From: Candidatus Omnitrophota bacterium
GTDB taxonomy: Bacteria; Omnitrophota; Gorgyraeia; 2-01-FULL-45-10
Reading direction: 5' to 3'
Assembly (NCBI GenBank): GCA_018823705.1
Contig: JAHJHP010000031.1
Coordinates: 1,982-65,981, forward strand
DNA length: 64,000 nt
Shown: piece by piece, positions 45,584-53,668 of the stretch
How positions within the stretch are numbered: the stretch's first letter is position 1
Layout: every line of letters starts with the position of its first letter
Translations under genes and position numbers: made by a program
Notes under the pieces: model-generated
The model's database searches: none
Seen by the model: the letters and a program-made list of their open reading frames with translations, nothing else
Told to the model about the DNA's origin: nothing

Positions 45584-46291
45584 ATGGAAAATATCGATTA
45601 TGAAGATTTAAAGAAACGGGGATTCTTAAGACAAGCCCAGGAAGGTTTTTTTGTATTAAGGACGAGAATGCCGGGTGGCAACTATAAGAGAGAAGACCTC
45701 GAAAAACTGGCCGTGATAGCGCAAAAGTATGCCAAAGGATTTGTCCATGCCACTGTCCGTCAGGGGCTGGAGATCCCTTTTATAAGATTTGAAAATATTC
45801 CTGAGGTCGAATCCGAGGTAAAAAAAACCGGTATTCTGATAGGTGCGTCCGGTCCGCGGCTCAGGACGACCGTTGCCTGCCCCGGCAACAACTGGTGCAA
45901 ACGAGGCCTCGTAAATACATTTTCTCTTGCCGATAGAATAGAAAAAGAGCCGGGGCTAAAATGCGGGTTAGACCTGCCGCACAAATTTAAGATAGCTATC
46001 TCCGGATGCCCCAACGCCTGTACGCGGCCTCAAGTCTCCGAGATAGGCATGCACGGTCAAGCCGATAGTCTGACGAAAGCGGCCGGCTATACCGTATATA
46101 TAGGAGGTTGCGGAGGCAGAATATCAAAGTCGGGTATAAAGCTCGAAAAAGTTTATACGGAAGATGAAGTTATGCGTCTGGTAGAGAAAGTGGTAAAATT
46201 TTATAAAGATCATGCTAAGCCCCGACAGCGGCTCGGCGCATTGATCGATGAATTCGGAATAGACAATTTTTATAAAACATGTTCGTGTTGA
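45584..46291 (+). CDS. Small single-module siroheme-[4Fe-4S] sulfite/nitrite reductase
   Basis: T.RQ, CPGNNWC (CX5C), LPHKFKIAISGCPNAC (CX3C). Confidence 0.85.
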   Translation: MENIDYEDLKKRGFLRQAQEGFFVLRTRMPGGNYKREDLEKLAVIAQKYAKGFVHATVRQGLEIPFIRFENIPEVESEVKKTGILIGASGPRLRTTVACPGNNWCKRGLVNTFSLADRIEKEPGLKCGLDLPHKFKIAISGCPNACTRPQVSEIGMHGQADSLTKAAGYTVYIGGCGGRISKSGIKLEKVYTEDEVMRLVEKVVKFYKDHAKPRQRLGALIDEFGIDNFYKTCSC

Positions 46292-46340
46292 TATGAGTTG
46301 CCCCCATATACACAAAGAGATACAATATGGGTGTGAGTAA

Positions 46341-46380
46341 TAGTCCGGGCTTAAGCCCGGACTACAATTGTGGATAACTT
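46341..46380. repeat. Empty TAGTCCGGGCT palindrome plus DnaA-box; left inverted repeat of feoAB
   Basis: tagtccgggcttaagcccggacta perfect palindrome; tgtggataa 46369-46377; 46354-46380 is the exact reverse complement of 48384-48410. Confidence 0.9.
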
Positions 46381-46381
46381 T

Positions 46382-46615
46382 ATGAAGAAGATGTCTTTAA
46401 TAAAACTCAAGGCGAATCGCAAGGGCAGGATCGTTGAGATTTTAGGAGGCTCGAACTTGCAGAGCAGGTTGATGAATATGGGTGTGTTTAAGGGCAAGGA
46501 AATCAGTAAGCTCAGCCATGTTGGGCTGAGAGGCCCCGTAGTAATAAAATCCGGCAGAAGCATTCTAGCTTTAGGTCATGGCGTAGCAGCCAAAGTGATA
46601 TTAGAGACAGAATGA
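46382..46615 (+). CDS. feoA: Ferrous iron transport protein A
   Basis: RLMNMG, GPVVI, ALGHGVA.KV; coupled to feoB; start uncertain (46370 GTG or 46382 ATG). Confidence 0.88.
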   Translation: MKKMSLIKLKANRKGRIVEILGGSNLQSRLMNMGVFKGKEISKLSHVGLRGPVVIKSGRSILALGHGVAAKVILETE

Positions 46616-48342
46616 TAAAGAAGATATATTTAATCGGTAATCCTAATGTAGGGAAAAGTGTAGTATTTTCACGTCTCACCGGCGTGCAGGTAATATCTTC
46701 AAACTATCCCGGTACTACCATAGAGCTTTGTAAGGGTTATCTCAGCTTAGGCGCCGAAAAGATCGAAATCGTAGACCTGCCCGGAACTTACTCGTTGGAA
46801 CCTACCTCAAAAGCGGAAGAAGCCGCAATCTCTTTATTAAAGGAATACTCCAAAGACGAAATTGTGGTCGTCAATGTACTGGATTCGACCAATCTGGAAA
46901 GAAACTTACTTCTCACCTTACAACTTATTGAAGATGGGTTCCCGACAATTGTATGCCTGAACATGTGTGATGATGCTGTTCATAAGGGTGTCCATATCGA
47001 TATCAAGACGCTGGAAGATATCCTCCATGTTCCGGTGATCTCGACCTGCGCGATAACGGGAGCAGGCATAAAATTATTGATCGAAAGGATCAAGGAAGCG
47101 GCCCCTGTTCCGAGAGATAAACTCCTCCATGAAGAGCAATGGAAAGAGATAGGTTTGATAATAAACCGGGTCCAGCGCCTGGAACATCGCCATCATACTT
47201 TCAGGGAGGCTTTAGAGGACGCATCCGTACGGCCAGTCACCGGTCTTGTAATGGCAGCAGGCGTAATTTACGCTTCATTTAAGATTGTGCGTTTTATAGG
47301 TGAGTTTATTATCAACAGAATAACGGACCCGATATTTATCAATCTTTACCAACCCATACTGGAAAAGCTGACCCGTCATTGGCAGGAACAGAGTTTTTTA
47401 TTTCATCTGCTGATAGGCGATTTAATCAACGGCAAGATCGACTTTAAACAATCACTCGGCGTATTAACAACGGCTCCATACATTGAATTCGGAATGGTAT
47501 TGCCGTATATCATCTCGTTCTATTTTATCTTAAGTCTTTTAGAAGATATAGGATATCTGCCGCGCCTGGCGATATTATTGGACAATCTTCTGCATCGGTT
47601 GGGGCTGCATGGTTTTGCGATCATTCCCATGCTTTTAGGTTTTGGATGTAACGTACCCGGCATATTAGCTACCCGTACCTTAGAATCGAAACGTGAGAGG
47701 TTTATCGCGGCGACATTGATCTCGATAGGCGTGCCGTGTGTGCCGTTACAAGCCATGATATTCGGATTATTAGGTAGCTTTGGAGGATTTTATGTAGCAG
47801 GGGTATATCTGGTATTATTTTCTTTAGTCCTGATATTAGGATTGATCCTGAACCGTGTCTTAAAAGGTTATAGCCCGGAATTCCTGCTGGAGATCCCTCC
47901 GTACAGATTTCCTCCGTTGGACATTTTAGGCAGGAAATTATACTTTCGCATAAAGGGGTTTATAATTGAGGCGGTTCCGATCGTGCTCGTTGGAGTTGCC
48001 GTTATAAACATCCTTATTTACTTTAACGTATTCAGTATAATATCCGGTTTTTTTGCGCCGGTTATTCACGATCTATTAGGACTGCCAAAAGAGTCGATAA
48101 TTGCGCTGGTGATCGGATTCTTCAGAAAAGATGTAGCGGTCGGGATGTTGATGCCATTAGGGCTTACTGCCAAGCAGCTATTCATCGCCGCGACATTATT
48201 GGCAATATCGTTTCCGTGCGTTGCCACGTTTATAATCCTGTGGAAAGAGTTGGGTTTGAAAGATTTGATCAAATCCACCCTCATTATGATAACTATAAGC
48301 ATCATCGTGGGCTCAGCGCTCAATCTTCTGATATTACGCTGA
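46612..48342 (+). CDS. feoB: Ferrous iron transport protein B (compact form)
   Basis: GNPNVGKS, NYPGTT, DLPGTYSL, LEDIGYLPR, GFGCNVP, PCVAT. Confidence 0.94.
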   Translation: MIKKIYLIGNPNVGKSVVFSRLTGVQVISSNYPGTTIELCKGYLSLGAEKIEIVDLPGTYSLEPTSKAEEAAISLLKEYSKDEIVVVNVLDSTNLERNLLLTLQLIEDGFPTIVCLNMCDDAVHKGVHIDIKTLEDILHVPVISTCAITGAGIKLLIERIKEAAPVPRDKLLHEEQWKEIGLIINRVQRLEHRHHTFREALEDASVRPVTGLVMAAGVIYASFKIVRFIGEFIINRITDPIFINLYQPILEKLTRHWQEQSFLFHLLIGDLINGKIDFKQSLGVLTTAPYIEFGMVLPYIISFYFILSLLEDIGYLPRLAILLDNLLHRLGLHGFAIIPMLLGFGCNVPGILATRTLESKRERFIAATLISIGVPCVPLQAMIFGLLGSFGGFYVAGVYLVLFSLVLILGLILNRVLKGYSPEFLLEIPPYRFPPLDILGRKLYFRIKGFIIEAVPIVLVGVAVINILIYFNVFSIISGFFAPVIHDLLGLPKESIIALVIGFFRKDVAVGMLMPLGLTAKQLFIAATLLAISFPCVATFIILWKELGLKDLIKSTLIMITISIIVGSALNLLILR

Positions 48343-48346
48343 GGCA

Positions 48347-48465
48347 TAGGGGACGTGTCACTTTGGGACACTCCACTTTATATAAGTTATCCACAATTGT
48401 AGTCCGGGCTACAAGTTCGCTATTAGTTCTCTTAAGTGGAGTGTCCCAAAGTGACACGTCCCCTA
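48347..48465. mobile_element. Intact 119-bp MITE/REPIN-like element (family A) with 32-bp perfect terminal inverted repeats
   Basis: taggggacgtgtcactttgggacactccactt (48347-48378) and its reverse complement (48434-48465); internal TTATCCACA and ttgtagtccgggctacaa. Confidence 0.88.
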
Positions 48466-48491
48466 ATTCGCGTTAAATCAAAATATATATA

Positions 48492-48542
48492 TTGACGTAG
48501 ATACGAGATGTGATATTATGGTTATGGACATATGTTCATAAC
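48492..48542 (+). promoter_or_regulatory. Promoter with downstream 22-bp palindromic operator
   Basis: TTGACG-N16-TATTAT (TG extended); gttatggacatatgttcataac at 48521-48542. Confidence 0.65.
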
Positions 48543-48556
48543 CAGCGGAGATTATT

Positions 48557-48862
48557 TTGCGCCCAAAAAAGACCAGATGGATACGTTGTTTACCCGGCGA
48601 AAGATGCTTCAAGCCACTTTGCAAGCCTTTGAATAAACTGAAAAGCGTGCATCTTACTCTTGACGAACTTGAAGCCTTAAGGCTCGCAGATCTTGACGGA
48701 ATGAAACAGGTTGATGCAGCAAAAAGACTTAAGATATCCAGGCCCACATTCTCAAGGATCGTATCTTCAGCGCGGAATAAGATAGCTGATGGCTTAGTTA
48801 ATATCAAAGCTATAAGGATTGAAGGGGGTTGCTGTAGAGTGATAAGGAGGAACGCGCGATGA
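48557..48862 (+). CDS. DUF134 HTH DNA-binding protein
   Basis: RPKKTR, FKP, L..DELEALRL.D..G..Q..AA...ISRPT..R....AR.KIA. Confidence 0.9.
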   Translation: MRPKKTRWIRCLPGERCFKPLCKPLNKLKSVHLTLDELEALRLADLDGMKQVDAAKRLKISRPTFSRIVSSARNKIADGLVNIKAIRIEGGCCRVIRRNAR

Positions 48863-50163
48863 AAGGTCTAAAGAAACTCTATTGGCTTATAGGCATATTC
48901 ATCGTTATGTACTTTTTGCCGCTGGGGAATCCCAAGATAACGAATGCCATCTTTGAAGCATTTAAGCTTCTTCAATGGTACGTAATTAATCATACGCTCG
49001 CATGCGTGGTACCGGCCATGTTTATAGCAGGTGCAATATCGACATTTCTGTCCCAGGCCTTTGTTATGCGATATCTCGGCCCTAACGCAAACCGCGGCAT
49101 GGCCTATGCCGTAGCGTCTGTGTCGGGAGTTATACTCGCAGTATGTTCCTGCAGCGTCTTGCCGATGTTTGCCGGTATTTATACCATGGGAGCGGGGCTT
49201 GGGCCCGCAAGCGCTTTTCTTTATTCGGGTCCCGCGATAAACGTCATGGCAATATTTTTATCAGCACGCGTTCTTGGGTTCGACATAGGATTAGCCAGGG
49301 CAGTTGGCGCGATAGTCTTTGCCTGTGTCATAGGGCTATGCATGGCCTTTATCTTCAGGCGATCCGAACATGCCCGAACAAAAAAAGCGATGGAGCTTCC
49401 TCCTCCTCCGCATCCTGCGAGGCCGTTATGGAAGACAGCGCTCTACTTCTTATGCATGGTATTATTTCTTGTTTTTAGCGATTGGTATAATACCAACGAT
49501 GTAACTATTACGCTAAAAAACGGGATAGTAATGAAGGTGAATATCCAATATTCCACGCAGGACTTTATCGAAGCTAAGAAGTACGAAGCCGGTGGTAAGC
49601 TGGCTATAGATGCCGAGCGCCTAAACAGGCCTGATATAGCCGAAATAAAACCGGAAGATAACTTTGTCATGAGAGTTCACGCCATTAAGTGGTACCTCGC
49701 CGGGCTTATGGGGTTGACTATACTTATTATGCTGCATCGATGGTTCAAAAAAGACGAGATCCGACAGTGGCTTACTGCGACATGGGACTTCGGGATGATG
49801 ATAGTGCCGCTTCTATTCGGCGGTGTATTCTTGACCGGGTTTGTTGGAGCGTTACTTCCTGAGAAAGTGGTTGCGGCGTTTGTTGGAGGCAATAGCCTAT
49901 TTTCGAATTTTTTTGCATCCTTTATAGGCGTATTTTGGTACTTTGCCACTCTTACCGAGATACCCATTACGCAAATGTTAATGCGTCTTGGCATGGGCAA
50001 GGGGCCTGCGCTTGCGCTTCTTCTGGCCGGCCCTGCATTGTCAGTGCCGAGCATCCTGGTTATTAATAAGGTATTAGGATGGCGCAAGACGCTTGTTTTC
50101 TTCGTGCTTATAGTGGGATTTTCGACTATAGCGGGATATGTTTTTGGAATGATAATACGTTAA
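48859..50163 (+). CDS. ArsP/DUF318-type permease
   Basis: H...CVVPA.FIAG, LAVCSCSVLPMF, YFATLTE.P, LLAGPALS.P. Confidence 0.87.
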   Translation: MKGLKKLYWLIGIFIVMYFLPLGNPKITNAIFEAFKLLQWYVINHTLACVVPAMFIAGAISTFLSQAFVMRYLGPNANRGMAYAVASVSGVILAVCSCSVLPMFAGIYTMGAGLGPASAFLYSGPAINVMAIFLSARVLGFDIGLARAVGAIVFACVIGLCMAFIFRRSEHARTKKAMELPPPPHPARPLWKTALYFLCMVLFLVFSDWYNTNDVTITLKNGIVMKVNIQYSTQDFIEAKKYEAGGKLAIDAERLNRPDIAEIKPEDNFVMRVHAIKWYLAGLMGLTILIMLHRWFKKDEIRQWLTATWDFGMMIVPLLFGGVFLTGFVGALLPEKVVAAFVGGNSLFSNFFASFIGVFWYFATLTEIPITQMLMRLGMGKGPALALLLAGPALSVPSILVINKVLGWRKTLVFFVLIVGFSTIAGYVFGMIIR

Positions 50164-50191
50164 ATGCAGGACTTAAAGGCGAGGAGATGAG

Positions 50192-50425
50192 ATGAAAATC
50201 GAAATTTTAGGAGTAGGATGTCCCAAGTGCAAACAACTTACTGCCAATGCAGAAGCGGCAGTAAGGGAGCTTAATATAGCCGCTGAAGTTTCCAAGGTGA
50301 CGGATATTGGAAAAATAACCGAATATGGCGTGATGATGACTCCTGCGCTTGCCCTTGATGGCACGATAGTTTCATTCGGCAAGGTATTAAGCAAGGATGA
50401 GATTAAGAAGATTATTTCAAAATAG
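50192..50425 (+). CDS. Small thioredoxin-fold protein (MTH895-like)
   Basis: IEILGVGCPKC, KVTD...I..YGVM.TPAL. Confidence 0.9.
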   Translation: MKIEILGVGCPKCKQLTANAEAAVRELNIAAEVSKVTDIGKITEYGVMMTPALALDGTIVSFGKVLSKDEIKKIISK

Positions 50426-50435
50426 GGAGGAAAGA

Positions 50436-50873
50436 TTGAAGAAACTATTTTTTATTCTTCTGGCAATTACTGCGCTAAGTAGTAGTGGAATAATTATTGC
50501 GCCGCCAGCTCAAGCAGGAGAGGACGCAAAAGGCGCTCATGTCGTCGCTTATTATTTTCACGGGACAATGCGCTGCTCTACCTGCCATAAACTGGAACAG
50601 TATTCAAAGGAAGCGATAGAGACTAATTTTAAAGATGCGCTTCAATCCGGAAAGCTGGAATATAAAGTTGTAAATGTGGAAGATAAAGGCAACGAACACT
50701 TTTGCGATGACTATCAACTTTATACGAAATCACTCATCCTGTCTTTAATCGAAGACGGTAAAGAAATAAAATGGAAAAATCTTGATAAAATATGGGAATA
50801 CGTCGGTAATAAACAGAAGTTTCTTGATTATGTTAAGGCGGGAGTCACCGATTTTCTGAAGGACGCTCAATGA
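50436..50873 (+). CDS. Exported thioredoxin-like protein (ArsF-like)
   Basis: Signal peptide; YYFHGTMRCSTC...E; TTG start behind GGGAGG. Confidence 0.75.
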   Translation: MKKLFFILLAITALSSSGIIIAPPAQAGEDAKGAHVVAYYFHGTMRCSTCHKLEQYSKEAIETNFKDALQSGKLEYKVVNVEDKGNEHFCDDYQLYTKSLILSLIEDGKEIKWKNLDKIWEYVGNKQKFLDYVKAGVTDFLKDAQ

Positions 50874-51559
50874 CAGAGATATTAATAAGCTTTGTTTCGG
50901 CATTGTGGCTGGGGATTTTGACATCAATTAGTCCGTGTCCTTTGGCCAGTAACGTGGCCGCCATCTCTTTTCTGTCCAAGAAGATAACCCATCCGGCACT
51001 TGTGTTTATCTCAGGATTGGCGTATACGCTGGGACGTATGGCCTCTTATGCGTTCCTGGGATGGATTATCATTAGTTATCTTTTAAGCGTTCCGCAGGTT
51101 GCTCAGTTCTTACAAAAATACATGGGCAAAGCTCTGGGGCCGATATTAATTCTTACCGGGCTTATTTTGTTGGAAATAATTACTATTCGCCTGCCAGGAC
51201 TATCGCTATCACAAAAGCACCATAATAAACTTGCGGAGTCCGGTGCCCCGGGCGCCTTTTTGCTTGGTTTTATCTTTGCTCTGGCGTTTTGTCCAATTTC
51301 GGCGGCGTTATTCTTTGGGAGCCTTATTCCTTTAGCTATTACCAATAAAAGCGGTATCGTGCTGCCATTTATTTACGGAATCGGCACAGGATTACCGGTT
51401 CTTTTATTTTCTGTTGCCATTGCGTTAGGTGTGAGATCGCTGAGTCATTGGTTTCATAGGATCACGCGGCTGGAATACTATACCCGAAAGATTACAGGAG
51501 TCGTATTTGTCCTCGTCGGCTTATACTACGTAGGGATATATGTGTTGAAATTATTTTAA
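50870..51559 (+). CDS. ArsG/CcdA-like membrane protein
   Basis: LGILTSISPCPLASN, AYTLGR, ALAFCP.SA.LFFG.LIP. Confidence 0.82.
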   Translation: MTEILISFVSALWLGILTSISPCPLASNVAAISFLSKKITHPALVFISGLAYTLGRMASYAFLGWIIISYLLSVPQVAQFLQKYMGKALGPILILTGLILLEIITIRLPGLSLSQKHHNKLAESGAPGAFLLGFIFALAFCPISAALFFGSLIPLAITNKSGIVLPFIYGIGTGLPVLLFSVAIALGVRSLSHWFHRITRLEYYTRKITGVVFVLVGLYYVGIYVLKLF

Positions 51560-51706
51560 AAGCATTAAATTCTGCTTGATGAAGAAAAAACGAACCTGTT
51601 TTTCTGCCGCTCCAAATTGCCCATTTTGAATGGAATCCAGTCTATTTTCATTTATGCTAATCCATTTTCATGATAATATATGGTATATTCAGCAGTAGCA
51701 GAAGCA

Positions 51707-51787
51707 GTAGCCCGGGCTCCTGCCTACCTGCTTTCCTATCGGCAAGTAGGCAGGCAGGTAAGCCTGAGCTGCAATTGTGGATAACTG
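51707..51787. repeat. Second filled GTAGCCCGGGCT palindrome with family B insert (51719-51758) and DnaA-box
   Basis: Insert differs by 1 nt from 37278-37317; tgtggataa at 51776-51784. Confidence 0.9.
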
Positions 51788-51829
51788 TACGTAAGTGGGT
51801 TTTTAGTAGCTTATAAAGGTTGGCAAAAA

Positions 51830-52678
51830 ATGAGTCTATATTTTATTTTTACCGTGGACGGCGATTGGAACGAGTATTTTTCCACCAAATTGTCAAAGAA
51901 AGAAAGAAAACCTGACAGGAAAGGCTTACTTGGTTTGATTAAGCGTGAGATCGCAATTGCCCGTTCTATTGGCGGCAAAATTCTGCATTTTGTGCACACA
52001 TCACCCGTCACCCGGCAATATTACCTACAGCCAGAATTTATCCGCCTCTGGAAGAAGATAGAGGCATCCGGGGGGAGCATAGGGGTCCACTGTCACGAGG
52101 AAGGTCTTTTTAGCCGCGGCAGGCTTAACGATTCGGGCATGCTGGAGCAGTCGGTCCGCTCATTAACTGAGCCATTACGCAAAGAGGGGCTGACCCTCAT
52201 TTCTTATCGCGGCGGTTATCTTACTTTTTGTAAAAAAGTCATACCAATCTTAGAAAGAAACGAGCTTTTCCTTGATTTTTCTTGCGACCCGGGTCGTTAT
52301 CTTCATCACAAAAGAAGGCTGATCGCGGATTGGCGAGGGGCGCCGAAGAATTATTATCGCATGTGTTATCAAGATCACCGCGCAGAAGGTAAAAGTAATG
52401 TTATTGAAATACCCCTTGGAAAAATAAGGCAACGCGCTTTATATATAGACATTACATCTCTGCCGGATATCTGGAAGGTAACGCGGCGTTTGGCTAAAAA
52501 GGATAAATCATCAAAGGGCAACATAATTGTATCCCTCTTGACGCACACGTATGAGTTTTCTTCTGCATGGAAACGGGTTAAAATAAAAGCGGCCCTCCTT
52601 GTCTGCAGATTGTACGGTAGTTTTATTAATGATAAAGAAGCGTTAGAGATTATCGCAAAGGAGAAAGGAAAAACATGA
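51830..52678 (+). CDS. Polysaccharide-deacetylase-like (NodB-type barrel) protein
   Basis: FTVDGDW, IGVHCH, YRGG, D.S, EIP, TH..E. Confidence 0.65.
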   Translation: MSLYFIFTVDGDWNEYFSTKLSKKERKPDRKGLLGLIKREIAIARSIGGKILHFVHTSPVTRQYYLQPEFIRLWKKIEASGGSIGVHCHEEGLFSRGRLNDSGMLEQSVRSLTEPLRKEGLTLISYRGGYLTFCKKVIPILERNELFLDFSCDPGRYLHHKRRLIADWRGAPKNYYRMCYQDHRAEGKSNVIEIPLGKIRQRALYIDITSLPDIWKVTRRLAKKDKSSKGNIIVSLLTHTYEFSSAWKRVKIKAALLVCRLYGSFINDKEALEIIAKEKGKT

Positions 52679-53613
52679 GAATTGGAATTGCGGCAGAAAA
52701 CATACCGCAAGAAAAGAGGGTTGTCATCCAGCCGCCTGAAATTAACAAAATTGCAAAAAAACATGAGGTAATTGTTGAGAGAGAAGCAGGGATAGGTATT
52801 GATATTACAGATGATGCCTTTATGAAAGCAGGGTGTAAAATCGGTTCTCGTAGAGAGGTGTATGATTGCGATTTGGTAGTTCGTATTAAAGAACCTAGTA
52901 TCGAGGATATTGCAATGATGCGGCCAGGTAGTATTATCATGAGCATGATGCATATCCGCTGTCACCCAAAATTAGAAGACGCCCTGCGTAAACAGAAACT
53001 CATCGCAATCGCATTAGAGAATCTGAAGAATTCAACCGGCAAAAGGACGGTTGAAGCAGTCGAAGATTCCGGCCGTATTGGAATGGAGTATGCTTTCAAA
53101 CTCTGGGGGAAAGACCCCGCAACTGCCAATGTGAAGATTATGGGGTATGGTAATATGTCTGTGGGCGCTATCAGGTGTGTTGCGCGTAAATTTGCCAGTC
53201 TTACTATTCTGAATAAAAGAGATTTTCTTGAAATGGCTAAGCATATCCCCGGGACAGATATTCTAGTAGACGCAGTCAATCGCCCTTTTCGTCGAGAAGT
53301 TGCCAAAGAACCTCCCATTGTTACTCGTGAGATGCTTAAACTTTTTAAGCCCGGATCAGTTATTGTAGATTTAGTTTCAACTCCTGAAAATCATGCGCCA
53401 GTGGAAACCATGCATCCAACAACGCTGGATAATTTACATTATATGGTCGATGGGATTTATCATACTTCTTGTTGGGGTTGGCCAGGTTTAGAGCCAAAGA
53501 AAATTGCCAAAAGGTATAGTCTTCAGCTTATGCCGATTCTTAAAAATCTAGCAGACAAAGGTATTGATAAGTGCAGTAGCCTTACTAAAGCAGCTATTTT
53601 ACGTTTTGATTAA
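52675..53613 (+). CDS. Alanine dehydrogenase/PNT-family NAD(P)-dependent oxidoreductase (divergent)
   Basis: MRIGI..E...QEKRV, VE..AG......D..F...G, RIKEP, MMH, KPGSVIVDL. Confidence 0.75.
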   Translation: MRIGIAAENIPQEKRVVIQPPEINKIAKKHEVIVEREAGIGIDITDDAFMKAGCKIGSRREVYDCDLVVRIKEPSIEDIAMMRPGSIIMSMMHIRCHPKLEDALRKQKLIAIALENLKNSTGKRTVEAVEDSGRIGMEYAFKLWGKDPATANVKIMGYGNMSVGAIRCVARKFASLTILNKRDFLEMAKHIPGTDILVDAVNRPFRREVAKEPPIVTREMLKLFKPGSVIVDLVSTPENHAPVETMHPTTLDNLHYMVDGIYHTSCWGWPGLEPKKIAKRYSLQLMPILKNLADKGIDKCSSLTKAAILRFD

Positions 53614-53668
53614 CGGAACGTAGATTATAACGAGTTACGAGAATTAAAGCTAAGAGAACCGAACGTAA

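Noticed and set aside
46369-51784. Replication origin suggested by DnaA boxes
   Set aside because: Boxes are single, kilobases apart and embedded in repeats; there is no box cluster, obvious unwinding element or dnaA/dnaN.
53614-53668. Short direct repeat aac(g/c)gaacgta between the AlaDH-like and TamB-like genes
   Set aside because: Only 11 nt with a mismatch and two copies; not distinguishable from chance.
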